A DNA stretch of 64,000 bases from Trichoplax sp. H2 (lineage: Eukaryota): NCBI GenBank assembly GCA_003344405.1, contig NOWV01000032.1:372001-436000 (forward strand). Direction: 5' to 3'. The stretch's first letter is position 1. Each line of letters starts with the position of its first letter. Under the pieces are notes generated by a model that worked only from the letters and a program-made list of their open reading frames with translations, searched no databases and was not told where the DNA came from. The position numbers were made by a program, and so were the translations under genes. This document shows positions 1 to 14,220 of this stretch, piece by piece.

Positions 1-2320
1 TATCTGGAGCTGCTCTAGAGACGTTAATAAATAGTAAGATAAGAAATGTATATATCATCGGACGTAGAGGACCGTTACAGGTTTGTAAGAGAGATATATA
101 CTCATGATTTATAGTAATAAAGTATTATAATGCGTTTGTCTTCATGTTAATGTATTCCTGATTTTCAATCCTCTACGTTGTGCATTCGATGAAAGACTGC
201 GTTCACCATCAAAGAATTTAGAGAGTTAACAAAGCTACCAAATTGTCATGGGCACTTAGATAAAAATGTATTTACTGATCTAAATAGCATTATTCCAGGT
301 AAAGTTTAGCTAGTAAAATATTTATACATTGTTGAGGTTCTACCTCTTCATTCAGTAATACTTTGCTTTTGTGCTGACCTAGATCTAGCAAGGCCTCGTA
401 GAAGGTTAACTGAATTAATGATGAAAACAGCTCTGTACGTTCGAAAACAAACGAATTTCCTATTAACTTAAAAGAGATTTATGATAGAAGTAGTGATTCT
501 TTGCTATAAGATATCATTTGCGCATATTACTATATGTAGCTCTGAAAAAACAGCTGAATTATGTCAACAAACTGGTTCACAGCACTGGCACATGAAATTC
601 AATAGAAGTCCTACGGAAGTGCTATCATCGCCGAATTGCAGAAGAGTTAGTGGGATTCGGATGGAAATAAATAAATTAGAGGTTTGTTAACAGTAATAGC
701 ATTCTAGGGTCTTGCATAATTGGTCAGTCATATCATGAATGTACTCTTAAAATATAGAAAACTTCTGAAGCCGTCCGAGCAGTCGGATCAGGAAAATTTG
801 AAAACCTTGCTTGTGGTTTGGTAGGCTGTGATTTTAGTCTTTTCTATAGTAGGTATAATCTTACAGTTCCTGTATAATTTCAATTGTAGGTTATTTCGAG
901 TATTGGCTATAAGAGCATCGCTATAGACGAAAATGTTCCGTTCGATGCGGTCACAGGAATAATACCTAATGTAAAAGGGCGCGTTATTAGCAAAAGTAAT
1001 TGGGCTACATTTTGAAGATATGATATGTCTTGTTATTATCATTTTAATGTCAAATATCTGTATACATTATATAGGTAGTCTAACTAAACAGGACCAATTC
1101 GTTAAAGGTGCGTGCGTAATCACTGTTTATAACATTAAGTGTCAGTTAGTTAGTAGAATGATATATTTTCTAGTCTGATACGAATAGATTCAATTTTTGC
1201 ATTCTCGTTTATTATATGGCTATTTTTACATTGGTTTTGTAGTAGATAAAACATAGACTTGAAAATAGTATAAAATCTATCATATAATAATTATGGAGCA
1301 TTTCTAATTATGAAGGACTTTACTGTAGTGGATGGGTTAAGCGTGGCCCTATTGGAGTAATTGCTAGTACTATGAAGGACGCTTTTGAGACTGCTGAAAT
1401 GATTTCGGAAGACATGAAGCAAGGTACAATGACTACCGGAAAGATATCATAGGTTTAGCCCATCATAAATTTTCTTTACGCTGACGTTTGCTCATGGCTT
1501 TAAAGACCTTCGAATTTACGGCCTTGCTGTGTGATTTTAAGATATCCGACGGTCAATGCAGTTATCAGTGCATCGAAATTGTAAACAAATTGTTAATGAT
1601 CTATTCCATATCGATTATCTTAATATTATTTTATTTATTTATTTCATTTATTGTTATCATCTTTATTATATGGAGAAATGTAAGATTCGTTTCGAATCTC
1701 TGTAAGTCCCTAGTATGCTAATTAGTTATGTAATTCAGCGACACATGGTTAATTTATTGCCTTGTAATTATAAAAGGCTTTTTGTATGACTTATTAATGT
1801 ACTACCATTACTGTAACTTATTATTTAATTACATACGATTGCAGTTTTCTTTTAACGCAGAAATAGAGAAACACTCAATTGGCTTACATAATATCACTTT
1901 CTTAGCTTCTATATGGGACATGCATCATATCGCAAATGTATTCATCTATTATTCTTTGAACTAAACATTTGCAAATGGCATCGTATTTATTATAGATAAT
2001 TTGCCTACCAGCTCTTGTTTTGGATTTGAAGAAATTGCAAAGTATTTAGATCAAAAAGGTTGGTCTTAACATCAAAAGATTGAAAGATTATATTTCGAAA
2101 TAAGTTTATTCGAGATCATATAAGCGTGTATCGCTTTAGTCAATATCATTACTTAGATGCACGTTTTGCATTTTCTTGAATTTCAGGAGTAAGGTATGTA
2201 ACTTTTGAAGACTGGAATAAAATTGATGCTCACGAAAAATACCTTGGGAGGATGAAAAACAAGCCTCGAGAAAAATTAACTTCTGTTGTTGAGATGCTAA
2301 ATGTTATTGATACACCTTAG
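1..2320 (+). CDS. FDXR: NADPH:adrenodoxin oxidoreductase (ferredoxin reductase), 3' part of a multi-exon gene, 5' end outside the window
   Basis: GT-AG exons translate to ...[23 protein letters not shown]...|[13 protein letters not shown]...|VISSIGYKS...VPFD...|[20 protein letters not shown]...|[17 protein letters not shown]...[13 protein letters not shown]...TP*, stop TAG ending at 2320. These are characteristic adrenodoxin reductase motifs. Confidence 0.95.
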
Positions 2321-3570
2321 TAATGCCACGGCCTAGCTATGTGTACATTGTGCATATACTTGCTCATATATGGACATTGACTTATAGATTCTTGCAGATT
2401 AAATCCTGCTTTTCTCTTTATCTAAATTGTTACCATAACCCTTTAATCTGATTCTTTCTCTTAGTCTGCTGCGTAAGCTTATTATCTATACGAGTAGTGA
2501 TAATTATATAATGCAAGTTAATAATATCAGGCGGCGGTGATATAGTATTTAATGGGAAACTTGATAGCGATTATCTTATTGCAACCGTAAAATATTATTT
2601 ACCCTGACTGTAGTCATAATTATACTGTAGAACTCATAGAAAAGTAGATAATAAATCTCTCATAGATTTACGTGATATCGTTAATATCTTTTGATTCTGT
2701 TTGTGATCTTCGATTGTACTGTATATATAGGTATGGGTATTATCGTATTTTCCCTAGACCATAATTATAGAATATATAAAACGGTAGATAATAAAATCTT
2801 TCTTGAATTTATCCGTTATTATTTGTATCTTTTTATTCGGCTTGCGATATCGAATCGTATTGATATTATGAGTATTATATGTTTTCTTAAATAATCAGTA
2901 TATTGAAGTTAATATCTCAAAGGTCAAAATACAGTCATCTAATGTAAATACTTTTGACATACAGCAAGTCATTTCTTAATCTCATAATTAATGAAACACA
3001 TCAAAATCATTAAGCATCATTGATACTTTGTAAGTTTATATTGCGTTTATGTTTAGTACGATAAATACAAACTACTACGCTGTTTGTTTAATAGAGGAAA
3101 TCACTGGATATAATTACAGTTGAGATAGCAGTCTTGAGATGTCGTTCTAAAATTTCTGTATATAACTTCTTAAAGCTTATTAACAAATTAAATACCTTTA
3201 TTAAATAATATTATACTAAATAATTTTATAGAAATTCTATGTACAGTAAAGATTTAATGTTCCATATTACTTTAAAAAAATCCTTGGCATATTTCAATCA
3301 AAAACAGAAGTTTACCGAGTGATCGCACAAGCATGACATATATCACAATATCTTTCAGAAGACAATCCAATGCAAATAGCTTCATGAGTCATGAGGTGTA
3401 TAATATACGCGTATATGCTGTATGAGATCCTGAACGAAATATTATAAAGATCATCAATGAATGCTACGTGGGTAGTGTTTGCTGTACCTGAAGATATCTC
3501 ATTACTAGGTGACGCAGCGGTAAATCATTGTATACTCATACGAGTATATCCTACTAATTGGTCTTATTGA

Positions 3571-4660
3571 TTACTGGTAAATTGCAGGAACGGACGCGAT
3601 AACAATTATAACCAGTAACAGAACAACGATTATCACATACAAACCTAGATGAAAATATATATTGAGAAAAGTGTTAGAGATATGTCAGATGGAAAGTTAG
3701 ACATGAATCATTTTATTAGTCAGTATGTACGTATGTCGTATAACGTCAGTAGTCCGGTAGTAATAGAGCAGTAATCACATGTCGAATGTACAGTACTGTA
3801 TTATTGATGTTTTTGATTTTTATGGCATGCCTTGCATTTTAGTACTATACTGGGCGTGTGCGTAGGTTTTAGTCTAACAAACAGACTCACCACAGGTAGA
3901 TGATTTTCGTCTTATAATATCTAGGCCATGTGTCTCCTTCCTTATCCTGTTCGTAGTGTGCGCAGTTAAATCGTCGATGTCGTCAATCAAGGCTAGAAAA
4001 TGAAAAATTTACAGTTTGGCAGTGTATTTGGGAAAGACCTTCAACATTAGAAACTCTACATAAGGGTAATTTGAGTGAGATTCTTACGAAAGAGTGAGGT
4101 TGAGTACATAAAATTGGATGATGCGTAATCTATCGTTATAGTTACGATACGAATATGAAAATAAAAATACGAAATCAGATCCTTTACGCATACCGTTTTG
4201 ATCAGTGACTTCGCCATGAATCGCAAGACCCATTTCTTTTTGACGGGCAATGACGGAAGATAACGTCTCCAGGCCCTCATCTTGTTCTTTTAAGTTAAGA
4301 CACGAAGTAGAATAAATAATTATTTACATCACTAACAAGTAAATAAGAAGGAAAAACCATAGATATTACATATAATTTGTACAGTATAGTACTTTACTTA
4401 TGTAATTAACGATAAAGCATCGTGCAGAATATACTGTAAAATGCAGCATCGGAGATTCAAAGCTGTGCTTTGCGTAAATACGAGTAGGTACAGTAGTCTA
4501 CGAATGGTAAGGAAATTGCTAAGATTATCCCCCAAAATTGATAGTTATTCAGTAAAAGGGAGATATAACCTTTTATTGCTTGCTGTTGTTGTCGGATTAA
4601 ATCATAATTTGAGACTGGTAAGGTGTCGCTAGTTTCAGAAACATTGTAAGGCTCGCTCAT
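3571..4660 (-). CDS. STX8: Syntaxin-8-like Qc-SNARE, short form (~119 aa); exons 4660-4570, 4286-4194, 3992-3891, 3644-3571
   Basis: Four phase-compatible GT-AG exons give MSEPYNVSETSDTLPVSNYDLIRQQQQAIKEQDEGLETLSSVIARQKEMGLAIHGEVTDQNALIDDIDDLTAHTTNRIRKETHGLDIIRRKSSTCGLYVIIVVLLLVIIVIASVPAIYQ*. This matches the STX8 SNARE motif plus TM anchor (IRQQQQ..EQD.GL..LSS.I.RQK.MG; RKS..CG). Confidence 0.88.
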
Positions 4661-4727
4661 TTTTGCTATTTTGCGTTCTTCGACTTGATTGATTTTGATC
4701 GATGACTCGCGTCGATGGCATACTAAA

Positions 4728-4998
4728 TGTACAGTATGTACAGTACAGTACTGCAGACTAACTTCTCTTATTAGAAGTCCCTGGTACTGCTGTAGAAGTA
4801 CAGTACAGTACATACTTTGACTGAGTGTACTGTACTGTTCAGTACGCACGATACTGGACCTTACAGCGTACTGTTTTCGAACCGCCAAGTACTGTACTGT
4901 ACTGTACGGTACTGGAACAGAAGTATTGTTAATGAACTTTCAGTATCTCCATGGGAGTCTCCCTAGGAGTCCATGGTCAGTACCGTACGGTACAGTAC
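4728..4998. repeat. Degenerate (GTACW)n array in the STX8/ACADVL divergent intergenic region
   Basis: Runs such as gtacagtacagtactg and gtactgtactgtactgtacggtactg. Confidence 0.85.
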
Positions 4999-5099
4999 AC
5001 ATGGTAAAGGTTCGGTACAGCATACGTCAGCAATGTGCTACGTTGATGATAGAGGTCAGACGTTTAAAGCAAAAACAAGAAACGCACTTTCAGATCACC

Positions 5100-8000
5100 A
5101 TGCTGAGATCGACTGTTAAATCAGCAACAGTATATAAACGATTCTTCAGGAACTTAAATGCGTTCCCAATTCGTCAGTCGAGGTTGGCGATACCACATCG
5201 CAATCTTGAAACGAGTACTAGCAATCTACCAATAGATGGTCCGGATGCATCCTTTGCATTGGGCAGTTTCGGCGGAAGAATTCATTCCCAGCAATTATTT
5301 CCTTTCCCAGATGCCCTAGACGAGGAATCGAAGGAAACTATCAAATTGATGATAGATCCCTTCGAGAAGTTTTTTCGCGAAGTTCATGACCCTGCTCAAA
5401 GCGATTTGGATGAAGCAATATCACAAAAATCGATCGATGGTTTGAAAGAGCTTGGTGGAATGGGTCTGCAGGTACCGCAAAAGTACGGTGGTATGGAGCT
5501 TAAAAATACACAGTACGGGCGACTCTGTGAAATAATTGCAACTTACGATTTATCAATTGGAATATTCATGGGGGCTCATCAGTCTATTGGATACAAAGGA
5601 ATACTACTCTATGGTAACGAAAAGCAAAAAGAAAAATATTTACCAAGCCTTGTTTCAGGTGATAAGCTTGCTGCCTTTTGCTTAACGGAGCCGTCGTCAG
5701 GTTCTGATGCAAATTCGATCCAAACCAAAGCAGTTCTTGATAGCGATGGTAAACATTATATTTTAAATGGAAATAAAATTTGGATTAGCAACGGTGGTCT
5801 TGCAGATGTTATGACGGTTTTTGCTCAAGTTCCTTTTCAATCAAGTGATTCTGAGAAAGTATCACAGAGAGTGACAGCGTTTATAGTAGAAAGAGATTTT
5901 GGTGGCGTTACTAATGGACCGCCTGAGAAAAAAATGGGCATAAGATCCTCCAATACTGCGTCTGTCTATTTTGATAATGTTAAAGTTCCTGTAGAGAATG
6001 TACTTGGAAAGGTTGGCGATGGGTTTAAAGTTGCTATGAACATACTCAACAATGGCCGATTTGGGATGGGAGCTGGCATGTCCGGCTTAATCAGAATGTT
6101 GATTGCTAAGTCTATTGAACACGCAAATAATCGAGTACAATTTCGGAGAAAATTAATTGAATACCAATCCATACAAGAAAAGATTGCTAAGATGGCAATA
6201 ACTCATTATGCTGTTGAATCTGTTGCTTATGCTGTAAGTAACAACATGGATAGAGGCATAAAAGAATATCAGGTAGAAGCTGCTATTAGCAAGGTGTTAG
6301 GGTCTGAATCAGGTTGGAATACTTGTGATGAATGCCTGCAAATCTTGGGAGGTATAGGTTACATGAGGGAAGCGAACATTGAACGATTTATGCGAGATTT
6401 AAGAATATTTCGAATCTTTGAAGGTACAAATGATATTTTGCGTTTGTTCATAGCCCTGAATGGAGTTCAATATGCTGGCAATCACTTAAAAGAACTTCAA
6501 AAAGCGATGAAGGAACCAATATCTAATTTTGGAACCCTGTGGGACCAAGGAATTAAAAGGTCTAGACAGTTTATTGGTATATCTAACAATGAAGAACTTA
6601 TTGAAAATGCTGCTCCTCAGTTACGTGATTCTGCTAGCAAGATTACGCAGCGAATAGAGGAATTTGGTGTAACTGTGGAAAAATTATTACTTAAATATGG
6701 GAAACAAATAGTCGATGAACAGTTTTTGTTAACCCGCCTTGCCGATGCAAGCATCGATGTATATACTATGGCTGCAGTCCTAGCTCGAGCTACAAAAGCT
6801 ATCAAGGAGAATCTACCTACTGCTGAACATGAGCAGCTCCTGGCAACTACTTTTATTGACGAGGTACAGATTAAGAAAGCAAGTAGAAGTATTTAGGATA
6901 GGCTAATGAGTATACGTCAAGTAATATACGCGTATAATACCAAAATTAGATACTGTAAGGTGTATATGGACATTGATCGTGATTCGATAAATTAGCTCCC
7001 TGAAATAGATTAATGCCATTCTGTATTATAGAGTTCGATGCACACGTTCTTAGTTACGTCTACGTATCTCAGCCTAAGTATATAGAAAATGACATTTAAA
7101 TTTACGGTCGTTGTCTGAAGGAGTTAAAGTATACAATATGTTATATATCACTTGGTCAATTAAATGCCGGTTCAATCAATTCTATTGTAGCATAGTGGGT
7201 TCTGTAGCTGGGCTATTGTACTATAACAAATATTAATCAATTATTTATAGATCTTGCAGCACTATCAGTAAATTACCGTTGCTATGTTCACTTATCATGA
7301 ATGAAGCATTTTACCATGATTTGTACATTCAATTTCCTATCGGGTCTGAACTCTAAACAGCTATGATGGTAAACGAGGCCCCTCATAAAGATGCGGAAAA
7401 CTCTGACATGATTAGAAGTGACGAAATCCCTACTTTAAAGTACGCGTATTTTTAACGAAGAAAGTCGGTAGTGGAGTTACTGTGCATATCATACTTTTCT
7501 CCTCACACAGTTGTCTGAAAATTTCTCGATCGATCAGCCACTTACGTATTACTGTTATAATTCGTTTTAAGCAAATTATACCTTTCTATGGTGAGAACAT
7601 TACCGTACTTTAGATTTACCGTGTGAGATAACAATCATAAAAGTTTAGAAAGATAGGTACAATAATGTAAAGATAAATTATATTCTATTTCTGTAACTTG
7701 TAGATGATAACATGATAAAACGTATACTTATATTGGAAGCTTTAGTATCACTCGTTTCTCCTATTGTATTTATGTTCATATAGTACTGTAATTGGAACGT
7801 TTTATCTGACATCGGCAGTATAATACTTGCCCTTTAAGGGCTTCATCGGTTTGATGCTTTCGAACCGTGATTAGAGAAATAGAAAAATTGAGGGCTGCTA
7901 TTTATCAAACTTACACGGTTGCAAATTGCAATAGAGATATCACATAGTTGTAATAGCTTCGAAGTAGTTTATATTTTATACAGTACAATAAGTATGAATG

Positions 8001-8569
8001 AAAATTCAGGTGTAGTAAATGCCAGCCAGTTAAATAAATTTTATTGTATTGCCTGCTAGTAAATTTCTGTATGACTATCGTTCTGGGAAGCTAATCGAAT
8101 CGATATTATTGAATTTACTCATGAGATTTTAACTAACGGTAGTAGTGGCAAACGGCATAGCACCACTCATGCATGATTCTTCATGTAAAATTTGAAGTAT
8201 CTAAATCCAGTCTCATTGACTGCTTGTGATAACCCTAGCATTTATTGGATTTATTCTTGTTCAGCTTACCAGGTCATAAAGCTATTACTAATTAATATAT
8301 ATATATAAGAATCACGAGCATCCATTAAGATAAACTTACTCGTTATATTGTTGCCCGGCGTTAAAATGCCCTTTAATATTTAATTCTAGATGATTCAAAA
8401 CTGAATTTTAAATTAATAATGAATGTCTTAGGCTAGCGATAGAACTAAAAGAAATCTTGGATCCGTAATAGGGAAGAGGAATCTGAGAAACTTTTCTTCG
8501 TATTCGCAAATTGCAAGTCAAATTAGTCAACAAGAAGGAATTGCAACTACTCGGCCTTTAGGCTTTTGA
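5100..8569 (+). CDS. ACADVL: Very-long-chain acyl-CoA dehydrogenase, mitochondrial (~633 aa); exons 5100-6863 and 8432-8569
   Basis: Long ORF with AFCLTEPSSGSDA, NGNKIWISNGG, PEKKMGIRSSNT and RDLRIFRIFEGTNDILR. Basic, Ser-rich presequence from ATG 5100. GAG|GT donor at 6864 and AG| acceptor at 8431 add a last exon ending ...TTRPLGF*, the VLCAD-type terminus. Confidence 0.95.
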
Positions 8570-10485
8570 TGGATGTGAGGCAATCTTGCAAGAGTTATTT
8601 TAACTCAAAGCATGTGATTCGCAGCACTAATTGCAACGAAGTACTTAAAAAATTAAATAAATGTTATTGTAGCATAACGATAGGTCTAACAAGCTACGTT
8701 TTACGTGATTATGATTCAAGAGGCAAGAATTTGTGTTTTGTATGGATATTGGGCGTGCAGATTCTGATAAATTTATAGTTTATCGTTATATGATGCGTGC
8801 TATAGTGTCCTGTAACGAATACTCGCGCTTCTAACCGAAAAATTGTAGGTAATATTTACTGTACTGCGAGTGTAGAACCTTGGTAAAATACATCCTGTCA
8901 ATAACCGCAATTATACAGTAAACTACATGGTTAGGTTATTTAATAGCCGATATCCGTTAAAAGATTCATTCCCTTGGTAAATTAATTATCAATAGATTTT
9001 TAACCGCACTTTTCTTGATACTCGTAAATTAAGGATGCATATGCTATTATTTTGCTTTCAATATGTATTGATAATAAAATTGTAATTTTAAATCATTCAA
9101 AGAATTTTCTCAGTATACTCATACCAATTACATTAACGATTTATAATTATAATCCTATATACGAATGCTAACTTATGGTGAATTTTTCCAATAGAGTAAA
9201 TTTTAATTCAGCAATTAACCGTTGACATTATAAAAAAGACAGATATAATTTTTTCACGTAAAAATATAGCTTATGTAATAAGATAGTTTACTTTCAAGTT
9301 ACTGTTTTTTATTGCATCATATAAGACTTTTTTAACATACAGCTTACGGTGTGTTGCGGCAACACTGGTTGCAACCTGCAGAAATTTCTACCTTTACGGT
9401 TCGTAGTGATGCATGCTTCTTGGAGCAATCGTAAATACTAGTAGAACCTAGACTCATTATACTTCACGTACTGTACGTACTTGCATATTTTATTTTACAT
9501 CACCGTCACTTCGCACTATATACATGATAGAAACTGTAAATTATTCTAATGATAGTTGTAGAAATATAGATTATTTCCATATTTGCTAATACAACTTTTG
9601 ATACAACCTTATAATAGGACATACAAAACAAATATTTAATCTCATCCGACAAAATAATACCTACTGTTATGCATACTTTCCAATGCAATTTTTAGGGTAG
9701 AGTTTACGCTGGTTATGAATATAGACTACTGATAATTGTAATAAGGACGATATTATTTCTTTTAAAGTTATTTGACTTTATGAATTTTTTTAAGAATCTT
9801 ATTCTAATCGATTAACGAAGAGATTCATTCATAATTTTACATCCGAATTAAATCGTAGAGAATGGGTATGTACCATCTCCATGCGGATTAAATAATAATT
9901 TTCAAGGTTGCAATATTCTAATTGCCTTTATTCTACTATGAGGCCAATAAATCTAACCATCAGACTTTTAAGGAAGACTCACTCTTAACGAAGATAGCTT
10001 TCCCCACGGCATATTACACATTGCGTTATCGAAAGCTGGTAATGAAAGCACTGAAATTTAGTAATCTATGATGTAAAGCACACTCATATTGCGTCAAATC
10101 TAGACAAAAGAGCTAATGTCACAAAGAACGTTCTTTATCCTGAAGTACCGATACCAGTAACAAGACAGTACGTAAAATGTTGAAGAAGTATATTTATTTT
10201 TATCTCACAGAAATATTTTCGATTGATTATTATTATGGCAACTTGTAAAAGTAGGAGTATTCCCATGATTACTTAGTAAATATGTATATATATGAAACGA
10301 TCATGATTTATGTCAGAATTCCGTTCTTTGAGCGGGTGTATTTGCTAATAAGTCATAAATAGTAATTTGTTAAGTGTTGAGCAAAACTGTTATTATGGTG
10401 ATAAAATTTTCGATTATTTTGCCCTAATAGTACAACGATAACCTATGGTACCGCAATTCTTGTTCGTAAATATAATCTTGGTTAT

Positions 10486-13400
10486 TTACAATTTATCTTC
10501 CCAGAGGAAGTAGCTACAGCCTGCGTAAATCTTACGTTTAGCTGTTACAGTTTTCATATAGTTTGTGTCTAGCATTGGATTACACGCCTTCGTGGCACAC
10601 GTATAGAATGTACGACCCTCATTTGGTCCGGGTGAACCGACGAAATATCGACGAGCTCTCTTACCACAGCAACACAGAGGAGGTGTACGTTTGTATTGAC
10701 AGTTGTAATTATTGGCGTCTGCTTTTAGAGTCGTAATGGGTGTAAAAGCTTTGTTAGCAGGCGAATTCACTGTACTTGGGGCCTCGGGTGTAGTAGTACC
10801 GGTATTACATGATATGTTTTCCTTTCCTGAGGTATGGCCTTCACCAGAGGCATGATTTTTGATTTTATTGAGATCATCAATATTTAGACATCCGAAAGGG
10901 ACTGGGAAAGTATTAATTTTAGCTTCTCTTGCGCCACTATTTACTAAATCTCGAGCACTATTACAGTACTGGAATGAAGATTTCTGGGTAGAAACCGTAC
11001 ATGGGTTACCAAATGTTGCGGAATTATCAGCGGCAACTGGTATGTTTATTTCAGGCTTGATAAGGTTTACTGACGTTGATAAATTACCAGGTGAACTCTC
11101 ATTATTGTTAGCTGTTTTCCGATCCCTAATGGTATTGCAAAGAGGCTCTTCGTATAGGCCCAGATTCAGATTGGGACTATTCTGACCGTTATTAAATGCA
11201 GTTATTGGAGAAATGAGACTTTTATAAGGAGTGCTTACATCTTTCGTTGAATGTATATGTCGATTTGGCTTTACCATGTTTTCATTTAGAACAGAATAGC
11301 TGCTAAAAGATGTTTTAGATTTTTCGCGTATGCAAAAATTGTTACTGTGATCACTTTTATCGTTTATTCTCGTTAAATTTTTATACTTGGAGCTAGTGTC
11401 CTGGTACTCATTCACTTTGTACGATAGTGCATTCATTCTTTGTTTCAGCATTTTATCACCGGAATTAATATCTTTTTGACCTATCATGCCAGTAGCAGCC
11501 ATTGAAGTCGATGCTATCGAAGCTGCACTCGTATTAGACAATACAGTTGTGGCATTTGCTAGATTGCGATTAGCTACGGAACAAGTAAATTTTTCTTCCT
11601 AGAGAGCATTTCATAACATTATAATAAAATTGAGTATCATTGGAGGATCACTTCTAAGTCTAGAATTATCCTACTAACTGGAGGTAGTGCTATCCTCTTG
11701 GTTACATCTAATACGCATCCATCGTGGACCATTTTTGAGCATAATCTTGCTGTATTCTTAGAATCATCTAGTCCTTTGATAGTAAAACAATCCTTTTTAA
11801 TCTAGTGGCATGATGTAAAACTGAGATATTGCTATAGAATAAATAAAGCTTCTAAGGTACGATTTATGGATTAGCAGACAAAGCGATGTAATCTGCTGCA
11901 AAGAACTTCTATATTATACCTGAATGTTCTCGACCTATAAACTTTAAACCTACACTCTCCATACTGCCATTTAATCCTGTCGGCTTCTTACCATAAAACC
12001 TCTGTTTAAATAGTTTAAAGTTTAGTTTACATTGACTTTTATTTAATGTAAGAAAGATTGATTTACCTTGTATAAAGCTCTCAGATCTATCCACTGGTAA
12101 AATTCAGTCGGTAGTTTAATTTGCTTTTTCTTACATTCATAATAAAGACATACACCGATGTCCCAATCTTCGATTTGGCAATAGATGAGCGTAAGTTATG
12201 TCATAACTAGCTCATGCAATATCGCATGATAAATTATAGCACAATATATAAAATAGTTGACATTACAAGCATTAATTAATTATCATACAACCTGACCATG
12301 TCACGAAAATACAGTTATAATAGTTTTTGTGACCAGCATCGCGGCAATTTTTGTTAAACAGACGTATGTTCTTATTTTTTATTATTTCATCCAGCCACTT
12401 ACGAAAGGATACTAAACAAGTAGCCAGTGGTATTCCATCATCTACTTGTTTCTGGGGGCATGATTGTGTATAATTGTATAAAAAAATTTAAGTAAAAGTG
12501 ACAAACATAACTGTCCATCGTTTATTTTAAGGCTTATAATTAATTATTCTTACCTGAGTAATTCCAGTTAGAGTTTTACAAAATTCACTCAGTTTTGGGT
12601 TGATAGTCGGCTGGACATATTGATGAAAAACAGCTTCTATCTGCTGCGTTAAGACGTTTAGCAATACAGCCGGGAATTCAACTAAAGAATGAATTAGAAT
12701 GGCATCTTATTTATTACTGAACAATACGTAGTTCCTATTCATCTACCTCTATTGATTTATTCTCTAAATAACGTCATATCGTATTACTGATTTCGCTACT
12801 ATATCTTGAAGAGTTATCTTTCCAACAGGTAGCTTCGAAATCTATTATGATCACATAAGAAAATTTTTGACCTGGAAGAGAATATTTCAATGTTACCCGT
12901 TAGAAGACTTCCTCAGATTTTTAATGTATCTCTAGCAAAGAAATGTATCTGAGAAAATATATATCAATTTATATGGAAATACTCACATATATTTCTTGAA
13001 CGTTTTTTACAAGGATCTTCAGACGATGTAACTCGGGATCTCTTTCTAACCAGCCCCAACTGTCTGCAGATGAGAGTTAAGATATTATTCCCTTAGGTGA
13101 ATGTGAGATGACCATAATTGGTTGTAGAAACAGTAATTGAGGTATTATAGTTCCTAATTGAAAACCGCCTACACCACACAGTACTGTAAGTTAAATTAAA
13201 TTGTTTACTGTATTAAAAAAATAATATCTCGATTTTTCGTATTACTTCAGCAGAGCCCATAGTTTACCTTTTTCTTTTGCTAAATAATGTAATAATAGCA
13301 AACTACAGGAAATTTTATAAATTTTACTCCTGTAATTTCGTATCGATATAGTATTTCAAGTACGGTAACTATATGATATACAATTAATAAGTACGATGTA

Positions 13401-13738
13401 CAGTATTGTAAAAGGTAACCCTAGCGATAGCCATATAGGTAATAAAAAAGTGTAAAAATCCTGCATGATCTTAGCTATGATCCACACTGTACAGTACATT
13501 ACGTAAGCACAATTAAGCTTTTAACTACTGTTATTTAAATTTTTAACAGATCACAGTAAACAAATTGTTTTATCGAGTATTTAGTAAACATTTGAGATCG
13601 TGGTCATCATGGTTCGTTAGTAAACAGTAATCTCTCTAGTTTGGCCACTTGCACTAGCTTACGATAGTAAATTAAACAAATAGAACAGTAATGATAAAAA
13701 TAACATGATTACCTGGCGATTTCCTTAGTAGATTTCAT
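10486..13738 (-). CDS. ERI2: ERI1 exoribonuclease family member 2 (DEDDh exonuclease plus C-terminal GRF zinc finger), multi-exon
   Basis: Exons give MKSTKEIAR|QLGLVRKRS..|..YVIIIDFEATCW..|IEFPAVLLN..FHQYVQPTINPKLSEFCKTLTGITQ|KQVDDG..FVTWS|DWDIGVCLYYEC..WIDLRALYK|..GREHS|GLDDSKNTARL. The last exon (10486-11599) ends in TPPLCCCGKRARR..GPNEGRTFYTC..GCSYFLWE (zf-GRF). Confidence 0.93.
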
Positions 13739-14220
13739 CTAATATGAAAATATAAATGTTTCTTTCTTTTTATTACACTTCAAAAAGCTACTTATGAATT
13801 TCTTGCAAGGGACGTGGATTCCATAAATGCTGTACGCTGTGTTGCGCACATTTAAACCTTGGATATACCTTTCTTGCTAAATGAGAATGAAATATAACGT
13901 ACAAGTATGACATACAGACTTAAGGAGGACCAGTTAGGCCAGATTAGAAGGTCTTTAAGGTTTTATTTAGGTTTCATTAATTTAACGTAATCGGAAACTT
14001 TTTTTCGAAATAAATGTAGGTCAAGTATTTTTAATCTGTTTTGTGTACAAGGCTATTGCAGCATTTATCATACGAAATAAATGATATTGAGCAACAAAAT
14101 ATATGAGCGAACATTACCACTTTATCACAAAATGTCTCGATGTCATATCCGTTGAAAACGACTTGTTGTTCTTTAGTTTTAAAAAATTAATTTTATTATT
14201 TTAGGTTTATAAATTCAAAA

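Noticed and set aside
4457..4888. 143-aa minus-strand ORF as a standalone protein
   Set aside because: Only 4660-4570 is coding (STX8 exon 1). The rest is repeat-derived upstream sequence and intron read-through.
4926..5099. N-terminal extension of ACADVL from the TTG start in the ORF track
   Set aside because: It overlaps the promoter array, and ATG 5100 begins a plausible mitochondrial presequence.
12404..12412. GTATCCTTT on the minus strand in ERI2
   Set aside because: It lies inside a conserved coding exon (CLVSFRKWL).
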